Positions 59,050 to 64,000 of a stretch of DNA of 64,000 nucleotides are shown piece after piece. The notes below the pieces were generated by a model. The model saw only the letters and a list, made by a program, of their open reading frames with translations, was not told where the DNA came from and searched no databases. Position 1 is the first letter of the stretch, and each line of letters starts with the position of its first letter. The translations under genes and the position numbers were made by a program. Origin of the DNA: Hyphomicrobiales bacterium (GTDB lineage Bacteria > Pseudomonadota > Alphaproteobacteria > Rhizobiales > JACESI01). The stretch is from contig JACESI010000004.1 of assembly GCA_013911885.1 (NCBI GenBank), positions 170,026 to 234,025 on the forward strand. The letters run 5' to 3'.

Positions 59050-59972
59050 ATGGACACGTTGACGTGGATGCGAACCTTCATTCAAGTGGTCGATGCAGGC
59101 GGATTTACGGCCGCTGCAAAGAATGCGGGCCGCTCCAAGGCGCTGATTTCCAAATATGTCAGTGAACTCGAAGACGAACTCGGCACCCGCCTCCTGAACC
59201 GCACCACGCGGCAGCTCTCCACGACCGAGGCGGGCGAGCACTATTATCGCGAGGCGCGCAGCATTCTGCGGCGGGTCGACGATCTTGTGGAGGAAGTGCA
59301 GGACACGAGCGCAAATCCGCGCGGGCGTCTGCGCGTCAGCCTGCCGCGCACAATGGGTGATGGCGCGGTCGGCGGCGCGCTGGTCGATTTCGCGCGGCAA
59401 TATCCTGATATCGAGCTCATGGTCTCGATGGAGGCCGGATGGTCAATCTGGTCGAAGAAGGTTTCGATGTCGCTCTGCGGGTTGCGGTGATGGCGGATTC
59501 GAGCCTGATTGCAAAAAAGCTCGGCTCTTTTCGTGTGATTTCCTGCGCTGCGCCGGATATTATCGCGCATTACGGCAAACCTTTGATCCCGCAGGACCTG
59601 ACAGACAAGCCCTGCATCATCGATGGCAACAACGTGCCGCGCAATGCATGGACCTATGTGCAGAACGGCGAGAAATGTTCTGTTACGGTGATCGGGCGGA
59701 TCGAATTCAATTCGCCCCATGCGGTTCGGCGCGCAGCGCTCGCGGGTCTTGGTTTTGCCCGAATCCCTCGTATATTCGTGATCGATGATTTGGCGCGGGG
59801 GACGCTTATTGAAGTGTTGGACGAATTCAGCGATACGGAGCGCACTATCCACATTGTCTATCCGCATCGGCGTCACCTTCCTGTCAAAACCCGCGCTTTC
59901 GTTGCTTTCATCACCGATTGGTTCGCCGCCAACAAAACCGCTATGAATCTGGAAGGGGATCAATTGCGATGA
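59050..59972 (+). pseudogene. LysR family transcriptional regulator interrupted by a 1-nt frameshift near 59434-59438
   Basis: ORF 59050..59490 carries the HTH (FTAAAKNAGRSKALISKYVSELE) and ...YPDIELMVSME. ORF 59439..59972, in another frame, continues MVNLVEEGFDVALRV... into the effector domain. Restoring one base in gcc(c)gg would give SMEARMVNLVEEGF. Confidence 0.6.
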
Positions 59973-60652
59973 CGAGGCTCCCTGTTTTTATGTTTTTTCT
60001 GCTGTCCGTCATCGTGCTGGCCGGGCGGGAAGCATCGGCGCATCCGCATGTCTGGCTTCAGGCGCGCGCGGAGCTGGTGTTCGACGCGCAGAACAATTTC
60101 ATCGCTGTGCGCCATGTCTGGCAGTTCGACGAAGGGTTCAGCGCCTACGCATCGCAGGGCCTCGATGCCAATGGCGACGGCGAACTTAGTCGCGAGGAAC
60201 TGGCGGAGCTCTCCAAGATCAATGTCGAATCGCTCAAAGATTTCGAATATTTCACTTTCATTGAAAGGGGGCCGGAAGATCCGCCCTATCAGGCGCCCAG
60301 TGAATATTGGCTTGAAAGCCGCGGCGGCCTTTTGACCCTGTTTTTTACATTGCCCATGGAAAAACCGCTTACACCGGATAAAGACAAGGGCTTTGCGGAT
60401 CTGACAATCGAGGTGTTTGACGCAACCTTCTTCGTCGATGTCGCCTTTGCTGAGGACGAAGCGGTGACGACTACACGCTCTGACGGATCGCCAAGCCCGT
60501 GCACGGCGACATTGGAGCGTCCGAAGGCGCTTGATGCCGCGCAGAGCCAGCTTCTGGCCGAGATCGGACCCGAAGATCAGGTGCCGGAAGCGATCGCGCC
60601 AGGCGAAGGCGAATTAGCGAACACGATCCGTGTCAGTTGCCCAACATCATGA
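59969..60652 (+). CDS. DUF1007 family periplasmic protein (partner of NicO-type transporter)
   Basis: ORF 59918..60652 trimmed to the ATG at 59969 (MTRLPVFMFF), which overlaps the LysR stop (ATGA). Has a signal peptide, then HPHVWLQARAELVFD...WQFDEGFS...DANGDGELSREEL. Confidence 0.8.
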   Translation: MTRLPVFMFFLLSVIVLAGREASAHPHVWLQARAELVFDAQNNFIAVRHVWQFDEGFSAYASQGLDANGDGELSREELAELSKINVESLKDFEYFTFIERGPEDPPYQAPSEYWLESRGGLLTLFFTLPMEKPLTPDKDKGFADLTIEVFDATFFVDVAFAEDEAVTTTRSDGSPSPCTATLERPKALDAAQSQLLAEIGPEDQVPEAIAPGEGELANTIRVSCPTS

Positions 60653-61746
60653 AGGCGCATTTAATGAAACATGTGCGCATCTTGATGCTGATTCTTGCCG
60701 CGCTGTTCTGTTTTTGCCTGTCGGAACCGGCTCAGGCTGAGAAACAATCGCCGTTCGGCCTCGGTGCCCCGCAGGAGACCAGCCCGGTCGGTGAGGGTTT
60801 CCTGCGCGAAAGGCTTGTCTGGGTCTATAGCCAGCAGGCTGCTTTCTACAAACAACTGACCGGTTTCGTGAAGCGCGCGAAAACCGATGGCAGCGCGGTG
60901 TGGACCCTGATCGGATTGAGTTTTCTCTATGGTGTCCTGCATGCGGCAGGCCCCGGTCACGGCAAGGTGGTGATCTCGTCCTATATGCTGGCGAACGAGG
61001 CGAGCGCGCGGCGCGGTGTCTCGATCTCCTTCCTCTCGGCGTTCATGCAGGGGCTGGTCGCGATTTTGCTGATTGGTGCGGCGGTGTTTGTTTTCAATCT
61101 GACCAGCGTCAGGATTTCGCTCGCCACACGCTGGTTCGAGATCATCAGTTATGGCCTCATCGCAGCACTCGGCCTTTATCTGGTCTGGCAAAAGGGTATC
61201 GAGCCAGCCCTCACTGCCTATCGGCAGAAACGGACTATTCGGGCGCGCGACCAGAAGCTTCACCAGCACGGCGCGCACCATGCGCACCATGACCATGCGC
61301 AGCACGGGCATGGCAATCATCACCATCATGCTCACAATCACAGCCACGATCACGCGCATGATCATGATCATGATGCCCATTGCGGCTGTGGCGGCCATGC
61401 CGCCGATCCGGCAGCCCTGACCAAGCCGCTCACCCTTCGCTCGGCCTGGGCGGCGATTGCCGCAGTCGGTTTTCGCCCTTGTTCGGGCGCGCTCATCGTG
61501 CTCCTTTTTGCGGCGTCTCAGGGGTTGTTTCTGGTTGGCGTCGTGTCGACCTTCGCCATGGCGCTCGGCACCGCGATCACGGTGACCATCCTTGCCACCC
61601 TTGCCATCACCGCGAAAAGCATGGCGAGCGCCTATCTTGATCGGGGTGGCGAGGCACGCTGGGTCTTCAAGGCAATCGAGCTTGGCGGCGCCAGTTTCGT
61701 CCTGCTTCTGGGGCTGACTTTGCTCTCCGCCGCCCTGTTTGGCTGA
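60649..61746 (+). CDS. NicO-family nickel/cobalt transporter with His-rich loop
   Basis: The ATG at 60649 overlaps the DUF1007 stop (ATGA); an alternative ATG lies at 60664. Has GVLHAAGPGHGK and the central loop HQHGAHHAHHDHAQHGHGNHHHHAHNHSHDHAHDHDHDAHCGCGGH. Confidence 0.85.
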   Translation: MKAHLMKHVRILMLILAALFCFCLSEPAQAEKQSPFGLGAPQETSPVGEGFLRERLVWVYSQQAAFYKQLTGFVKRAKTDGSAVWTLIGLSFLYGVLHAAGPGHGKVVISSYMLANEASARRGVSISFLSAFMQGLVAILLIGAAVFVFNLTSVRISLATRWFEIISYGLIAALGLYLVWQKGIEPALTAYRQKRTIRARDQKLHQHGAHHAHHDHAQHGHGNHHHHAHNHSHDHAHDHDHDAHCGCGGHAADPAALTKPLTLRSAWAAIAAVGFRPCSGALIVLLFAASQGLFLVGVVSTFAMALGTAITVTILATLAITAKSMASAYLDRGGEARWVFKAIELGGASFVLLLGLTLLSAALFG

Positions 61747-61816
61747 GCGGTTGCAATTTTTTGACCTGCGCGGGATTGCCGAATGCGGGTGAAAATGCAA
61801 AAGGGACTGGATGTTC

Positions 61817-61833
61817 TCTGGAATCGTTCTAGA
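61817..61833. promoter_or_regulatory. imperfect palindrome TCTGGAA-TCG-TTCTAGA resembling an Irr/ICE-type box, upstream of hemH
   Basis: Read directly, about 60 nt upstream of the hemH ATG. It matches 11 of 14 specified positions of the TTTAGAA-N3-TTCTAAA motif as I recall it. Confidence 0.3.
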
Positions 61834-61891
61834 TTTATCGGTGATACGTATAAATCCCATTTCCAGATCCCAACGCCTCGAGATAGCCGCG

Positions 61892-62956
61892 ATGAACCGC
61901 CCGTTTATGATGTCATCGTTTTCCGCAGGAGCGCAACCGGACGGTCACCCGGACGTCGCCTTCGGCAAGACCGGTGTTCTTATTGTCAATCTCGGCACGC
62001 CCGATGCGACGGATTACTGGTCGATGCGCCGGTATCTCAAGGAATTTTTGTCCGATCGTCGGGTCATTGAGACGCCGCGTCTGATCTGGTGGCCGATACT
62101 GAATGGGATCGTGCTCACCACCCGCCCAAAGAAATCTGGCGCTGCCTATGACGAAATCTGGAACCGGGAGCGTGATGAATCGCCGCTTCGCACGATCACC
62201 CGCAGCCAGCATGAGCAGCTTGAAGCGCGGCTCCAGCCGCACTATCCGCATCTGGTTTTCGACTGGGCCATGCGTTATGGCAATCCGTCGATCCATTCGC
62301 GCATGGATGTGCTGAAGGAAAAAGGCTGCGAGCGCATCGTCATCGTGCCGCTTTATCCGCAATATTCCGCAGCGACCACGGCAACCGTCAACGACAAGGT
62401 ATTCGAATATCTGATGAAGCAGCGCTGGCAGCCGGCCGTGCGCACCGCCGCCGCCTATGCCGATGACCCGATCTATATCGAAGCGATCTGTGAAAGCCTC
62501 AAGGAAGGCATCGCAAAACTCGACTTCGAGCCGGAAATCGTGCTTGCCTCGTTTCACGGGGTTCCGCAGAGCTATCTGCGCAAGGGAGATCCCTATCACT
62601 GCCAGTGCCACAAGACCGCGCGTCTGATGCGCGAATATCTCGGCTGGGGGGCGGATGGCGAGAAGCTGAAAATCACTTTCCAGTCGCGCTTCGGGCCGGA
62701 GGAATGGCTGCAACCTTATACCGACAAGACGGTCGAGAAACTTGCCAAAGACGGGGTGAAGCACCTTGCGGTGATCAATCCCGGTTTCTCGGCAGACTGC
62801 CTCGAGACGCTTGAGGAAATCGCCGGCGAGGCGGGCGAGATTTTCGAAGAGCATGGCGGCGAACATTTCGCGGCCATCCCCTGCCTGAATGACAGCGACC
62901 ACGGTATGCGCGTTCTCGAAACGCTGGTGCGCCGCGAACTGGCGGGCTGGATTTAG
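61892..62956 (+). CDS. hemH: ferrochelatase
   Basis: ORF 61811..62956 trimmed to the ATG at 61892 (MNRPFMM). Has [20 protein letters not shown] and [15 protein letters not shown]. Confidence 0.93.
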   Translation: MNRPFMMSSFSAGAQPDGHPDVAFGKTGVLIVNLGTPDATDYWSMRRYLKEFLSDRRVIETPRLIWWPILNGIVLTTRPKKSGAAYDEIWNRERDESPLRTITRSQHEQLEARLQPHYPHLVFDWAMRYGNPSIHSRMDVLKEKGCERIVIVPLYPQYSAATTATVNDKVFEYLMKQRWQPAVRTAAAYADDPIYIEAICESLKEGIAKLDFEPEIVLASFHGVPQSYLRKGDPYHCQCHKTARLMREYLGWGADGEKLKITFQSRFGPEEWLQPYTDKTVEKLAKDGVKHLAVINPGFSADCLETLEEIAGEAGEIFEEHGGEHFAAIPCLNDSDHGMRVLETLVRRELAGWI

Positions 62957-63078
62957 CCATTAGCGTCAGACCGCTCGCGCCCAGACCCTGTGGGTTGGTT
63001 TGGCGTGCGACCGATTTTGCTTGTTCAGCCATCGTTTGTTCTCCATATCAAATGCAGGTGTCTTACCGGGGAGCGGAT

Positions 63079-64000
63079 ATGGATTTCATTGTTGGAGCGT
63101 TCGATATTGCGGTCATCGCGCTTGTCGGGCTTTTGCTCGTTGTCGTGTTTGCGATGGTCAAGATCGTTCCGCAGGGCGAGAATGTCACCGTCGAGCGTTT
63201 TGGCCGTTATACCCACACGATGAAACCCGGCCTCAATGTCATTCTGCCGTTCATTGATCGCATCGGCGCGCGGCTCAACATGATGGAGCAGGTGCTCGAT
63301 GTGCCGAGCCAGGAAGCGATCACCCGCGACAACGCGACGGTCACGGCAGATGGTGTGACATTCTATCAGATTATCGATGCGGCGGCGGCGGCCTATGAGG
63401 TCACCAATCTCCAATATGCGATTTTGAACCTTACCATGACCAATCTGCGCACGGTGATGGGCTCGATGGATCTTGACGAATTGCTCTCGAACCGCGACGA
63501 GATCAATTCACGGCTCTTGCGTGTGGTCGATCATGCGGCGCAGCCTTGGGGCGTCAAGATCACGCGAATCGAGATCAAGGACATCAATCCACCGCGCGAT
63601 CTCGTGGATGCCATGGCGCGGCAGATGAAGGCAGAACGCGAAAAACGCGCGTCCATTCTTGAGGCTGAAGGCTTGCGCCAGTCCGAAATTCTGAAGGCTG
63701 AAGGCGAGAAAGTAGGCCTTATCCTTGCCGCCGAAGGTCGCAAAGAGGCTGCATTTCGTGATGCAGAGGCGCGCGAGCGGGCCGCCGAAGCGGAGGCGCG
63801 GGCAACCGAGGTCGTCTCGCAGGCCATCGCCAAGGGCGATGTTCAGGCACTCAACTATTTTGTGGCGACCAAATATGTTGCCGCTCTCGAATCGCTTGCA
63901 AGCGCGCCGAACCAGAAAGTCCTGATGCTGCCGGTCGAGGCGACTTCGCTTCTCGGCTCGATTTCCGGTATCAGCGAGATTGCGAAAGCCGCCTTCTCGG
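63079..64000 (+). CDS. SPFH/band 7 (stomatin/QmcA-like) protein, 3' end beyond the window
   Basis: Absent from the ORF track because it has no stop before 64000. The ATG at 63079 follows GGGGAG. My translation reads [44 protein letters not shown]...ITRDNATV...[10 protein letters not shown]...MKAEREKRA. Confidence 0.85.
   Translation, partial: MDFIVGAFDIAVIALVGLLLVVVFAMVKIVPQGENVTVERFGRYTHTMKPGLNVILPFIDRIGARLNMMEQVLDVPSQEAITRDNATVTADGVTFYQIIDAAAAAYEVTNLQYAILNLTMTNLRTVMGSMDLDELLSNRDEINSRLLRVVDHAAQPWGVKITRIEIKDINPPRDLVDAMARQMKAEREKRASILEAEGLRQSEILKAEGEKVGLILAAEGRKEAAFRDAEARERAAEAEARATEVVSQAIAKGDVQALNYFVATKYVAALESLASAPNQKVLMLPVEATSLLGSISGISEIAKAAFS

Noticed and set aside
60661-62902. 399-aa (60661..61860) and 329-aa (61913..62902) minus-strand ORFs
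   Set aside because: They are antisense to the NicO transporter and hemH genes, which have strong family motifs. Their own sequences are Arg/Gly-rich with no domains.
1-64000. Scan for tRNA/rRNA genes, CRISPR arrays, IS elements, integrases and toxin-antitoxin pairs
   Set aside because: By eye I found no repeat-spacer array, no transposase- or integrase-like ORF in the track, no terminal inverted repeats flanking a block, and no tRNA-like conserved T-arm sequences. A tRNAscan, Infernal or ISfinder run would be the proper confirmation.

Overview
The window looks like a GC-rich chromosomal core segment of a Rhizobiales-type alphaproteobacterium. This is inferred from protein similarity and gene order recalled from memory; no database was searched. 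About 65 protein-coding genes are packed with short gaps. I found no rRNA, tRNA, CRISPR array, transposase, integrase or phage module. Recognisable blocks, left to right:
- PHB genes phbB-phbA with divergent phaR, then a GGT-family enzyme and GlcG.
- rpmF, mtgA and a polyprenyl synthase.
- hbd-etfA-etfB.
- Rhomboid protease, DmpA-type peptidase, aldo/keto reductase and Tat-PhoX.
- A chemoreceptor preceded by an unassigned secreted repeat protein.
- PduO-type adenosyltransferase with a HIG1-like small membrane protein.
- SDR, EamA and AEC transporters; gluQ; an AlkA-like glycosylase; a carboxylesterase; a standalone HNH protein.
- bolA, a J-domain protein, cobS, cobT, a phytase-like protein and a DUF3833 protein.
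- obg-proB-proA-nadD followed by a GT39 glycosyltransferase.
- A TetR-led leucine-catabolism operon (liuA-B-D-E-C).
- modABC, an aminotransferase and a MarR regulator.
- A GbsR-type regulator coupled to short cytochrome bd (CIO-like) genes.
- An SDR and a leaderless peptidoglycan-binding mini-protein.
- Creatininase-family protein, amidase, frameshifted LysR regulator, DUF1007 protein and His-rich NicO transporter.
- hemH and a partial SPFH/stomatin gene.
Nothing here is clearly a new system. The most checkable oddities are the secreted eight-repeat protein coupled to the MCP, the co-directional amidohydrolase/metal-transporter array with a broken LysR gene, the J-domain/CobS/CobT cluster with no cobN in view, three strong operator-like palindromes, and several perfect short tandem duplications that span stop codons. 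All calls rest on reading the ORF track and the sequence by eye. No alignments, HMM searches or folding calculations were run.
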